64,000 nucleotides of DNA from Acidimicrobiia bacterium (GCA_021296415.1 JAGWAL010000001.1:16720-80719); one strand, 5' to 3'; numbered from the stretch's first letter, positions 48,526-57,388 are shown. Translations and numbers: made by a program. Notes: generated by a model from the letters alone, not told the origin.

Positions 48526-49692
48526 TCAGGCGCCGTTGGGCCAGTGTCGCTCGTAGCGCGTCACCAGCCAGCGGTTGAACTGCGCCAGCGTCTCCTCCTG
48601 CCACGAGTACCGGCCACGCGGGGCGAACACCGACCCCAGCCCGATCTGCACCATCTCGTCGGCGTAGATGTCCTGCACGTTGAAGTTGTTGACGCCCTGC
48701 TCCGCCTGCTCGAAGAGGTACTCGAACATCGGGTCCGCAAGGGCGGAGGGCTCGAAGCAGTATCCGATGTTGATCGTGATCTCACCCGGACCGTCGGGGC
48801 TGATGATGAAGTAGGCGATCTCGTCGGGCACGATGGCCAGCGAGAGCGTCGGCGGTATGAGCACGAAACCGCCACGCTTGCGCTGCTCGGTGGTGAGGTT
48901 GCTGAACACCGGCAAGAGGCACTTCTTGGTCGGATTGAACGAGCCGTCGATGTCGGTGAAGTGCTGGATGCGGCCGATGGCGCCGTCGTCCGGATCCCAC
49001 GGCAGGTAGTCGTTCAGGTGGCTCGGGGCGAAGGTCTGCAGCGGGCCGTGCAGCCGGCTGGCGTGGTACGGGTCGTTGAAGTTCTCCATCATGACCTTCC
49101 AGTTCCACTGGAGGCCCGGGAGCGTCTTCCCGGCACGCGTGACCGTCTCCGGCAGGTCGTAGTTCTCGAGCATGGCGTCGATCTTGCGCAGGGAGGGCCC
49201 CAACGGCCGGGCATCGGCGTCGAGGTTGCAGAACACGAAGCCCTGCCACAATTCGGTGCGGAGCCGCGGTAGGCCGTGTTCGGCCTTGTCGAATCCCACG
49301 GCCCGCTCCATCGCCGGCGCCCCTAGGAGTGAGCCGTCCAGACCGTACGACCAGTGGTGGTACGGGCAGGTGAACCGGCGCGTGTTGCCGGAACCCTCTG
49401 CCAGGACCATGCCGCGGTGCTGGCAGACGGCCGAGATCACGCCAACCTCGCCATCGGAGTCCCGGAGCAGAATCAAAGGCTCCCCGGCGATCGTGATGCA
49501 ACGGAAGTCGCCGGGCTCGGGCACCTGGTCGACCCGGCCCACACACAGCCACTCGTGCCGGAAGATGGATCGACGCTCGAACTCGTAGAACTCCTGGGAG
49601 GTGTAGATCAGCGGCGGCAGCAGGCGCGCCTCGTCGACCGCCTTCGTGGAGGCGGCGAACGACTCGCGCAGTTCGGTCGTCAACACGGTCAT
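48526..49692 (-). CDS. Rieske non-heme iron oxygenase alpha subunit (paralog C)
   Basis: The ATG at 49692 overlaps the stop of the NTF2-like gene by 1 nt. The Rieske ligands are CQH-16 aa-CPYH. NWKVMMENFNDPYHASRLH and FAPRGRYSWQE are present. Confidence 0.85.
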   Translation of the reverse strand: MTVLTTELRESFAASTKAVDEARLLPPLIYTSQEFYEFERRSIFRHEWLCVGRVDQVPEPGDFRCITIAGEPLILLRDSDGEVGVISAVCQHRGMVLAEGSGNTRRFTCPYHHWSYGLDGSLLGAPAMERAVGFDKAEHGLPRLRTELWQGFVFCNLDADARPLGPSLRKIDAMLENYDLPETVTRAGKTLPGLQWNWKVMMENFNDPYHASRLHGPLQTFAPSHLNDYLPWDPDDGAIGRIQHFTDIDGSFNPTKKCLLPVFSNLTTEQRKRGGFVLIPPTLSLAIVPDEIAYFIISPDGPGEITINIGYCFEPSALADPMFEYLFEQAEQGVNNFNVQDIYADEMVQIGLGSVFAPRGRYSWQEETLAQFNRWLVTRYERHWPNGA

Positions 49693-50282
49693 CAAGCCTG
49701 TCCCTCCTCGCGGTCTGCCGACGCTGTGAGCGGGTGCTCCCCCGGCACCGTCGGGCGCGGCTGGGCGACGCGCTCGAGGGTCACGGGCGACACGTACCTG
49801 GTCCGCGCCCAGCCCTCCTCGTAGGGGCAGATCACCCGATCCTCGAAACGCAGGCGGGCGATCTTCCATTCGCCCTGCCGGCGCACGAAGTCGTTGTCGT
49901 AGTGGGCGATCAGCCACACGGCGGTCTCGCCGTCAAAAAGCGTGGCCGCCTCCAGGGCGTGCCAGCACCCACGGGCCTGCGCGCCGTCGGGGGAGACATC
50001 GATGACGGGGTTCGTGAGGAAGTGGGCGGTGAACGGCAGCATCGACGGGTTCCGGTGGAACATCTCCCTGATCTCGTCGAGACCGTCGGCCCTGAATTCC
50101 GTCAGGTTCCCCCGGCCCTCCCAGACCGCGCCCGGCGCGAAGAAACCCACGGTCACCTCTGCGTCCTTGATGACGTCGATGGCGTGGACGTAGCGGTGCA
50201 TGAGCCGCTCGATGGCACGTTCGGCCTCGACGCGCCCGAGACGTCGCTCCACCTCCTCCAACCGCTCGCGAAGCTCATCCAT
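49692..50282 (-). CDS. NTF2/SnoaL-like fold protein
   Basis: The ATG at 50282 gives MDELRERLEEVERRLGRVEAERAIERLMHRYVHAID, a SnoaL_4-type N-terminus. The product is 196 aa. The upstream part of the track ORF is junk. Confidence 0.7.
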   Translation of the reverse strand: MDELRERLEEVERRLGRVEAERAIERLMHRYVHAIDVIKDAEVTVGFFAPGAVWEGRGNLTEFRADGLDEIREMFHRNPSMLPFTAHFLTNPVIDVSPDGAQARGCWHALEAATLFDGETAVWLIAHYDNDFVRRQGEWKIARLRFEDRVICPYEEGWARTRYVSPVTLERVAQPRPTVPGEHPLTASADREEGQA

Positions 50283-50332
50283 TTGCGTGCTCCTCCGGTC
50301 CGGGCCGGCCGGCCGAGTCTCCCGCCGGATCC

Positions 50333-51532
50333 TCAGACGAGCGCTTGGCTCTCCGCATAGGCCCGATACCTCTGGTACAGCCACCTGTTCAACTGCGCCA
50401 CGGTGGTCTCCTTCCAGGAGAACCGGCCACGGGGGGCGAACCTCGACCGCAGCCCCTTCTGCACGGCCGTGTCGGCCACCACGTCCTGATCGTTGTACAT
50501 CATGATCCCGTCGACGATCCAATCGATGATCTTGCCGAAGTTCCGGACCTGCAACGCCTCCGGTGGCACGCAAAGCCCGACCCGGATGGTGATCCGGTTG
50601 GCCCCGCCGGGCAGGACGAGGAAATAGAACATGTGGTCGGGAACAAGTCCCAGCGGCACCATCGGCGGGATCATGGCGAACATGACCCGATTCCGCTGCT
50701 CGGAAGTCAGTGCCGGGATCGGAGGCAGGAGAGCCTTGTGGAGCGGGTTGAAGGCGCCGTCGGCCCGGTCGAACCCGGTCGGGTGCATGATCACGTTCTC
50801 GTCGGGCGTGTGCTCCACGAAGCCGTGACCGAGGGCGAAGTCATGGATGCCCTTGTGGAGGTAGGCGTTGTGGTACGGCTCCATGAAGTTCTCGAGCATC
50901 ACCTTCCAATTCCACGGATAGTCGGGAATGTCCATGGTGGGCAGGCTCACCATCTCGGCGACTCCGTAGTTCGCCATCTCGTCGGCCAGCTTCGTGAGAG
51001 TCGGTGCGAGCGACGGCGGATCCGGCTCGAAGTGGGCGAAGACGAACCCTTGCCAGAGCTCGACGGAGAGTTGCGGCAGGCAGATCTCGTCACGGTTGAA
51101 GTTGTTCGTGCGACCCATCTCGGGGGCGTGGCGCAGGCGGCCGCGCAGGTCGAAGGACCAGAAGTGCAGGGGACAGCGGAACAGCCCGGTCTCCTTGTGG
51201 CCGGCGTCCTCGGCCAGCAGGTGCCCCCTATGCTGGCAGACCGCGGACATCACGCGGATCGTTCCCTCGTCGTCCATCACGACCAGGAGCGGATCGTCGT
51301 TGATGGTGATCGTGAAGTAGTCGCCCGGCGCCTTCAAGAAGTCGGCCCGCCCCACGCAGAGCCACGAGCGGTAATAGATGGCCTCCTTCTCGAAGCCGAA
51401 CCACTCCTCGGAGGTATAGAACTCCGGAGGGAAGTAGCAGCCGTCGGCCACATCGCCGACGGACGGCTGCATCGACTCGAGACGCTCAGCGTTGACAAGG
51501 TGGCCGAACCGCTGCTGCGGGCTCGCGAACAT
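50333..51532 (-). CDS. Rieske non-heme iron oxygenase alpha subunit (paralog D)
   Basis: The Rieske ligands are CQH-18 aa-CPLH. NWKVMLENFMEPYHNAYLH and FAPRGRFSWKE are present. GGAGAGGAAG lies 4 nt before the ATG. Confidence 0.85.
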   Translation of the reverse strand: MFASPQQRFGHLVNAERLESMQPSVGDVADGCYFPPEFYTSEEWFGFEKEAIYYRSWLCVGRADFLKAPGDYFTITINDDPLLVVMDDEGTIRVMSAVCQHRGHLLAEDAGHKETGLFRCPLHFWSFDLRGRLRHAPEMGRTNNFNRDEICLPQLSVELWQGFVFAHFEPDPPSLAPTLTKLADEMANYGVAEMVSLPTMDIPDYPWNWKVMLENFMEPYHNAYLHKGIHDFALGHGFVEHTPDENVIMHPTGFDRADGAFNPLHKALLPPIPALTSEQRNRVMFAMIPPMVPLGLVPDHMFYFLVLPGGANRITIRVGLCVPPEALQVRNFGKIIDWIVDGIMMYNDQDVVADTAVQKGLRSRFAPRGRFSWKETTVAQLNRWLYQRYRAYAESQALV

Positions 51533-51545
51533 GACGCTTCCTCTC

Positions 51546-51565
51546 CGGTGAGCCGCGACTCACCG
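51546..51565 (-). promoter_or_regulatory. Hairpin/palindrome CGGTGAG-N6-CTCACCG abutting the Shine-Dalgarno of Rieske paralog D
   Basis: Read directly: a 7-bp perfect stem whose 3' arm (mRNA sense) runs straight into GGAGAGGAAG. Confidence 0.35.
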
Positions 51566-51609
51566 ATCTCTTCCTGAGCGACGGGCGGCGCTGGAGCGCC
51601 TCCCGCGGA

Positions 51610-51638
51610 ATTATGGCCCCCGGCTGCTTGCCGCACAA
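51610..51638 (-). promoter_or_regulatory. Candidate promoter TTGTGC-17 nt-CATAAT for the Rieske D operon
   Basis: On the minus strand the -35 is at 51638..51633 and the -10 at 51615..51610, about 75 nt upstream of the ATG. This is a sequence match only. Confidence 0.35.
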
Positions 51639-51865
51639 TCGGGACGACAGGGCGACCGCCGCGGCGCCACGGCGTCGCAGGTGCCGTCCCGACTAGTCTC
51701 CGCAGCGACGGGCCGGATTGCCGGGACCGCCGGGAACGGGGCTATCGTTCTGCTGCGGATACCGCGGTGGGCACTCCTGTCGTCTCTTGCACGGCTAGAT
51801 TGTGGGGACGCCCTAGAGCGGCGCTATGCAGCGGGGACCATGAGATTGGCAGATAAGGAGCAGCG

Positions 51866-52207
51866 ATGATGGAAGTCACTTCCGAGCGGCGGGGCACAGC
51901 GGTGATCATCAATACCGAGGGCCGAGTCGACGGATCAAACGCCAGCGACTTTCAGGACGCTCTGGAGGCCGCAATCGGCGCAGACGACGATTCGGTGATC
52001 CTGAACCTCGCGCAGCTGGACTACATCAGCAGCGCCGGCCTGCGGATCATCCTGCTCAGCGCGAAGAACCTCCGCCAGCGTGACGTCAGCTTCGCCATCA
52101 GCTCACTGTCGCCCTCCGTGCACGAACTCTTCATCATCAGCGGTTTCGATCAGATCATCGCTATCCACAGCTCGCCGGACACAGCCCTGGCCGCCCTGCA
52201 GGGCTGA
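51866..52207 (+). CDS. STAS-domain anti-sigma-factor antagonist (SpoIIAA/RsbV-like)
   Basis: The 113-aa product has LAQLDYISSAGLRIIL, which contains the conserved phosphorylatable Ser context. Confidence 0.85.
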   Translation: MMEVTSERRGTAVIINTEGRVDGSNASDFQDALEAAIGADDDSVILNLAQLDYISSAGLRIILLSAKNLRQRDVSFAISSLSPSVHELFIISGFDQIIAIHSSPDTALAALQG

Positions 52208-52288
52208 CCTGCTCACCCCTCCGGGACCAGGCGGACGGGCTAAAGCGGAGAAGCACGGCGGACGCGCGCGGCGGGAACCGGGAATGCC

Positions 52289-53458
52289 ATGAAGGAACAG
52301 ACCTACAAGATCCTGGTTGTCGACGACGAGGTCGACCTGGAGCCGCTCATGCTCCAGCGCATGCGCCGCGACATCAGAGCCGGACGTTACAGCTTCGTCT
52401 TCGCGCACAACGGCGTCGAGGCCCTCGAGAAGCTGAACGAGGACCACACCATCGACATGGTGCTCTCCGACATCAACATGCCGCAGATGGACGGGTTGAC
52501 GCTCCTGGAGCAGATCCCCCAGGTTGACCCGAACATCAAGTCCGTGATCATCTCGGCCTACGGCGACATGAAGAACATCCGGACGGCCATGAACAGGGGC
52601 GCCTTCGACTTCGTCACCAAGCCCCTGGACTTCACCGACCTGCGGATTACGATCGAGCGCACGCTCGCCCACCTCACCGAGTGGCGCTCCGCGCTGGCAT
52701 CGCGCGACCAATTGGTCTCACTGCAGAGGGAACTCGATGTCGCCAGCAAGATGCAGAAGTCGATCCTTCCGACGCGTTTCCCGCGCCACGACGACTACGG
52801 GGTGTTCGCCCACATGGAACCGGCCCGCAACGTCGGGGGCGACTTCTACGACGTCATCAACCTCGAGCACGGTCGCATCGGGCTGTGCATCGCCGACGTG
52901 TCCGACAAGGGGGTGCCCGCGGCCCTGTTCATGATGTCCAGCCGCACCCTGCTGAAGGGTGCCTCCATCGGCTACGACAACCCCGGCGACGTCCTACGCG
53001 AAGTCAACGACCTCCTGCGCGAGTCCAACGACACCGAGATGTTCGTGACCCTGCTCTACGGGATCTACGACCCCGCCACCGGGGACTTCACCTACGCCAA
53101 CGGGGGCCACAACGAACCCCTCCTGATCCGACCGGACGGAAGCTCGTCGTTGCTCCCGCGCACCGGCGGGATCATCCTCGGCGTGATGGGCGGCATGGAG
53201 TTCGCCCACAAGACGATCAACGTCGGACCGGGCGACACGCTGTTCCTGTACACCGACGGCGTGAGCGAGGCCATGAACGTCGAGGCCGAGGAGTTCGGGA
53301 TGGAACGGCTCGCGGCGATCTTCGCCGACGTCCCGCCAACCGACGCCGAGGAGACGACGATGTCCGTCTTCAAAGCGGTGCACACCTTCGCCGGAGAGAC
53401 ACCGCAGTCCGACGACATCACCTGCCTGACCCTTCACCGCAGCGAGTCGGGAAGTTGA
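52289..53458 (+). CDS. Response regulator receiver fused to PP2C (SpoIIE-type) phosphatase
   Basis: The REC domain has KILVVDDE, DMVLSDINMPQMDG and DFVTKP. The PP2C domain has VGGDFYD, IADVSDKGVPAALFM, LYTDGVSEA and QSDDITCL. Confidence 0.9.
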   Translation: MKEQTYKILVVDDEVDLEPLMLQRMRRDIRAGRYSFVFAHNGVEALEKLNEDHTIDMVLSDINMPQMDGLTLLEQIPQVDPNIKSVIISAYGDMKNIRTAMNRGAFDFVTKPLDFTDLRITIERTLAHLTEWRSALASRDQLVSLQRELDVASKMQKSILPTRFPRHDDYGVFAHMEPARNVGGDFYDVINLEHGRIGLCIADVSDKGVPAALFMMSSRTLLKGASIGYDNPGDVLREVNDLLRESNDTEMFVTLLYGIYDPATGDFTYANGGHNEPLLIRPDGSSSLLPRTGGIILGVMGGMEFAHKTINVGPGDTLFLYTDGVSEAMNVEAEEFGMERLAAIFADVPPTDAEETTMSVFKAVHTFAGETPQSDDITCLTLHRSESGS

Positions 53459-53880
53459 GCGCCTACTTCTGCGTGGAGGTCGGATCGGCGGAGAACGAGT
53501 CGGTCGATGACGCCTTGCGGCACATGGAGCAGTCGATCGAGGAGTTCGGCCGCCAGGAGCAGTGGCCCGACGACCTCATCTTCAAGCTGCACCTCATCCT
53601 GGAGGAACTCGGCCTGAACGCCATGACCTACGGCGGCGCCTCGAGCGTGCGGATCGTCATCTCCGAGGACGTCGACGAGGTCACCATCGAGATCTCCGAC
53701 GACGGCGGCGCCTTCGACCCGCTGAACGAGGCACCCCAGCCCGACGTGAACGCGGCGCTGGAGGAACGGTCCATCGGCGGTCTGGGGATCCACCTCGTGC
53801 GCACGTTGACCAACGACTTGAGCTACCGACGGGAAGGGGGTCGGAACCATCTGACCCTGGTCACGCGGCGACCGGAATGA
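53455..53880 (+). CDS. RsbW/SpoIIAB-like serine kinase (HATPase_c anti-sigma-type)
   Basis: The TTG at 53455 overlaps the upstream TGA. Motifs are the N-box-like LEELGLNAMTYG, then ISDDGGAFDP and GGLGIHLV. The product is 141 aa. Confidence 0.75.
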   Translation: MSAYFCVEVGSAENESVDDALRHMEQSIEEFGRQEQWPDDLIFKLHLILEELGLNAMTYGGASSVRIVISEDVDEVTIEISDDGGAFDPLNEAPQPDVNAALEERSIGGLGIHLVRTLTNDLSYRREGGRNHLTLVTRRPE

Positions 53881-55130
53881 TCACCGCGACGCGCCGGAGT
53901 GTTGCACCGGCGCTCGGGGTGCTCGCCCTGCTGGCGCTGATTGCGCACGCCTGCACCACCGAGAGCGACTCCGACGGCGCGGGAGGATCCACTCCCACCA
54001 CATCCGAGCCCGCCGGCGGGCCGCAGGAAGGCCCGCCGCAAGCGACGGACTCCGGGGGCGTCTTCGAGGACTCCGTCCTCTTCGGCCAGTCGGCGGCCTT
54101 CAGCGGCCCGGCCCAGGAACTCGGCAAGAACATGCGGCTCGGTATCGAGGCCGCATTCGCCGAGGCCAACCAGAACGGTGGCGTCCATGGCCGCCGGCTG
54201 GACCTCGTCTCGCTCGACGACGCCTACGAACCCGAAGCCGCCGTCACCAACACGCAGCAACTCATCGACTCCGCCGGGGTCTTCGCGTTGATCGGTGAGG
54301 TCGGAACCCCGACGTCACGTTCGGCCGCCCCGGTCGCAGCCGCTGCCCAGGTCCCCTTCATCGCCCCGTTCACCGGCGCTGAGTTCCTGCGCAACGACGA
54401 GTGGCGCAACATCGTCAACCTGCGCTCCTCGTACTACCAGGAGACCGAGGAGATCGTCAGCCTGCTCACGGACCGGGGTGTCGACCGGATCGCCGTGATG
54501 TTCCAGGATGACTCCTTCGGTCGTGCGGGCTACCGGGGCGTGCTGCAGGCGCTCGACCGTCGCGAGATGAATCCGGTGGCCATCGGGCTGTACCCGCGGA
54601 ACACCACGGCGGTCCGCACCGCCCTGCTGGATCTCCAGCAGGGACATCCCGAAGCCGTCGTGATGGTCGGGGCCTACCAGCCGGTGGCATCGCTGATCCG
54701 CTGGGCGCGCCACCTCGGCGAGGACTGGATCTTCGTCACGATCTCCTTCGTCGGATCCAACGCCCTCGCCGAGGAGCTGGGAACCGGCGGCGACGGCGTC
54801 TTCGTGACTCAGGTCGTGCCCTTCCCGACCGACGACTCGCTACCCGTGGTGGCGTCGTACCTCGACGCGCTCGGAGCCCACGACCCCCGCGAGACGCCGG
54901 GGTTCGTCTCGTTGGAGGGATACCTGGCCGGCCGCCTGGCGATCGTCGGGCTCGAGCGTTGCGGGCGCGACCTCACGCGGGCCTGCTTCCTCGACGAGAT
55001 CCTGCACGGTGAACCCGTCGACATCGACGGCTTCCAACTGGCTTTCGGCACCAACGACAACCAGGGCTCCGATGCCGTGTTCCTGACCGTGCTCGAGAAC
55101 GGGCGCTACCTGCCGACCGACTCGATGTGA
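53877..55130 (+). CDS. Type 1 periplasmic binding protein (Leu/Ile/Val-binding-like, Peripla_BP_6)
   Basis: The ATG overlaps the upstream TGA (ATGA at 53877-53880). A signal peptide with Cys is followed by FGQSAAFSGPAQELGKNMRLGIEAAFAEAN..GGVHGRRLDLVSLDDAYEP. Confidence 0.8.
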   Translation: MITATRRSVAPALGVLALLALIAHACTTESDSDGAGGSTPTTSEPAGGPQEGPPQATDSGGVFEDSVLFGQSAAFSGPAQELGKNMRLGIEAAFAEANQNGGVHGRRLDLVSLDDAYEPEAAVTNTQQLIDSAGVFALIGEVGTPTSRSAAPVAAAAQVPFIAPFTGAEFLRNDEWRNIVNLRSSYYQETEEIVSLLTDRGVDRIAVMFQDDSFGRAGYRGVLQALDRREMNPVAIGLYPRNTTAVRTALLDLQQGHPEAVVMVGAYQPVASLIRWARHLGEDWIFVTISFVGSNALAEELGTGGDGVFVTQVVPFPTDDSLPVVASYLDALGAHDPRETPGFVSLEGYLAGRLAIVGLERCGRDLTRACFLDEILHGEPVDIDGFQLAFGTNDNQGSDAVFLTVLENGRYLPTDSM

Positions 55131-55197
55131 CGGCGGTGGCGACAATGACGGAACCGGCGCGTCGGCAGCGATCCGCCGGCGACGGGGGCCACGGGCC

Positions 55198-57381
55198 ATG
55201 AGAGACCTGCTGCGCAGGTTGGTGGCGTTCGCCTTCCGCATCTCCACGCAGATGTACGTCGCCATCGGGGTGCTCGGCTCCCTGACGATCGCGGCCATCG
55301 CCGTGACCTGGGTCTCCTTCAACAGCATCGACAGCGCCCAGGACCGCGTGAACACGGAGAGCCTGCCCCGAATCGTCACCGCCTTCCGGATCACCGAGTT
55401 GAGCAGCGAGCTGGTGGCCGCCGCACCGCGCCTGACCGTCGCCGCCACGCCCGAGGAGCTCGCCGCGGTCTCCGCCGAAATCGTGGAGACGCAGCAGGAG
55501 TTCCGCCGGGAGTTGGACCTGCTGGAGCAGCAGGACGTCGACGCCGCGCTCTTCGTCTCGATCCGCTCGCGCGGCCGGCAGCTCGAATCCAACATCGCCC
55601 AGATCGAGACCGAGATGCCGACATCCTTCGAGCTGGCCGCGAAGATCGAGTCCGTCCGGAACGAATTGGCCGATCTCCGCCGGAAACTCGACGGGATCCT
55701 CATTCCGGCACTCGACGAGCAGCTCTTCTACCAGATCACCGGCTACCAGCTGATCGGCGAGCCCCCCGTACCGCGCGACCAGCACTTCAACGAATCCGAG
55801 TTCATCCGCTACCGCCACCTCCAGGCGCTGCAGACCGACACGGCCATCGCCACGGAGTTGCTTGCCACCGCCTTCACCGTCCGCAACACCTCGCTCATCG
55901 AACCCTTGCAGGAGAGCTTCGAGTCGGTGGTCGACCGGATCGAGATCAGCGCCACGGCCATCGGGCTGATCGCCCAGCGTGCCTTCCTGGTCTCGACTCT
56001 CGCTGATCTGTTCGAGTTGGGTCTCGGCGAGGAGAGCGGCTTCGTCCTCACAACCGAGCAGCTGAGGCTCGCCGAGCGGCAGCGCCAACTGCTGGGCGAG
56101 AACCGCGCGCAGGCCGCCGAGCTGGCATCCGAGGTGGAGGAGTTGATCAGCGGCGCCCAGGCGGACGCCAGGTCGGCAACCGACGCCTCCTCCCAGGCCA
56201 TCTCCACGTCTCGCATCCTGCTGCTCGTGATCGCCGTTGTCAGCGTGGTCGTGGCACTCTCCGTCATCTGGGGGTTCGTGGGCCGGATCCTGTTGCGGCG
56301 CCTCAACCAGCTCTCCGACCGCATGCGGCGCATGGCCGACGGCGACCTGGAGGACGAGGTTGTGATCGCCGGGCGCGACGAGGTCACCGAGATGGCCGAC
56401 GCCCTCGAGGTGTTCCGGCGCCACGCCCTGGAGGTCCAGAGACTCAACCTGGTCGAGAAGCTGGCCGAGGAACTCGGCGAGAAGAACACCCAGCTGGAAG
56501 AGGTGCTGGACGAGTTGCACCGTGCCCAGGACCAGATCGTCATGCGCGAGAAGCTCGCCGCGCTCGGCGAGGTGACCGCCGGTGTGGCACACGAGATCCG
56601 CAATCCCCTGAACTTCGTGAAGAACTTCTCCGAGGTCTCCGCTGAGCTGATCGAGGAGTTGCGCGAAGTGCTCGACGAGGCCGAGGACGAACTGACCGAC
56701 GAGCAGCGGGAACTCATCCTCGAGATCGCCGCGGACCTGACCGAGAACCTCGATCGCATCGCCTCGCACGGCAACCGCGCCAACACCATCGTGCACGACA
56801 TGCTGATGATGAGCCGCGAGACGGGCGAATGGCGCCTCGCCGACCTCAACGGTCTGATCGAGGAGCACGCCAGACTGGCGTTCCACAGCGCGCGAGCCGT
56901 CGACCCGGACTTCCAGTTGAACCTCGAGTTCGACCTGGATCCCGAGATCGGCGAACTGGAGGTACTACCGCAGGACCTCGGCAGGGTCTTCATCAACATG
57001 GTGGGGAACAGCTGCCACGCCACCGACGAGAAGCGCAAGGAACTGCTGGAGGCGGGCGAGGGCCGCTCCTACATGCCCACCGTGCGGACCACGAGCCGCA
57101 AGCTCGACGGCACCGTCGAGGTCACGATCCGCGACAACGGCAAGGGAATACCACCCGAGGTGGTCGACAAGATCTTCAACCCGTTCTTCACCACGAAGTC
57201 GACCGATCAGGGCACCGGGCTGGGCCTGGCCATCACCAACGACATCGTCCGCGAGCACGGTGGCTCGATCCGCGTCAACTCCTCGCCGGGAGAGTTCACC
57301 GAGATGATCATCACCCTGCCGACGGAGCGCTCCGAGGCCGTGACCGAGGAGCCTGCCGCGAGCGGTCCGGCCGAGGCCTGA
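55198..57381 (+). CDS. Sensor histidine kinase (TM - ~300-aa helical extracytoplasmic domain - TM - HAMP - HisKA - HATPase)
   Basis: Two hydrophobic segments flank a helix-rich domain. The HAMP region follows (LSDRMRRMADGDLEDEV). The H-box is GVAHEIRNPLN, and DNGKGIP and GTGLGLAI are also present. There is no receiver domain. Confidence 0.9.
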   Translation: MRDLLRRLVAFAFRISTQMYVAIGVLGSLTIAAIAVTWVSFNSIDSAQDRVNTESLPRIVTAFRITELSSELVAAAPRLTVAATPEELAAVSAEIVETQQEFRRELDLLEQQDVDAALFVSIRSRGRQLESNIAQIETEMPTSFELAAKIESVRNELADLRRKLDGILIPALDEQLFYQITGYQLIGEPPVPRDQHFNESEFIRYRHLQALQTDTAIATELLATAFTVRNTSLIEPLQESFESVVDRIEISATAIGLIAQRAFLVSTLADLFELGLGEESGFVLTTEQLRLAERQRQLLGENRAQAAELASEVEELISGAQADARSATDASSQAISTSRILLLVIAVVSVVVALSVIWGFVGRILLRRLNQLSDRMRRMADGDLEDEVVIAGRDEVTEMADALEVFRRHALEVQRLNLVEKLAEELGEKNTQLEEVLDELHRAQDQIVMREKLAALGEVTAGVAHEIRNPLNFVKNFSEVSAELIEELREVLDEAEDELTDEQRELILEIAADLTENLDRIASHGNRANTIVHDMLMMSRETGEWRLADLNGLIEEHARLAFHSARAVDPDFQLNLEFDLDPEIGELEVLPQDLGRVFINMVGNSCHATDEKRKELLEAGEGRSYMPTVRTTSRKLDGTVEVTIRDNGKGIPPEVVDKIFNPFFTTKSTDQGTGLGLAITNDIVREHGGSIRVNSSPGEFTEMIITLPTERSEAVTEEPAASGPAEA

Positions 57382-57388
57382 CCGGCCG

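Noticed and set aside
38838-51532. Linking the four Rieske oxygenases to bacterial sterol C-4 demethylation (an SdmA-type Rieske enzyme) because an OSC is in the window
   Set aside because: They lie 28-40 kb from the cyclase, inside a block with an importer and a Mo hydroxylase. No SdmB-like reductase is adjacent, and I cannot verify similarity to SdmA from memory. The idea is worth one BLAST but is not supportable here.
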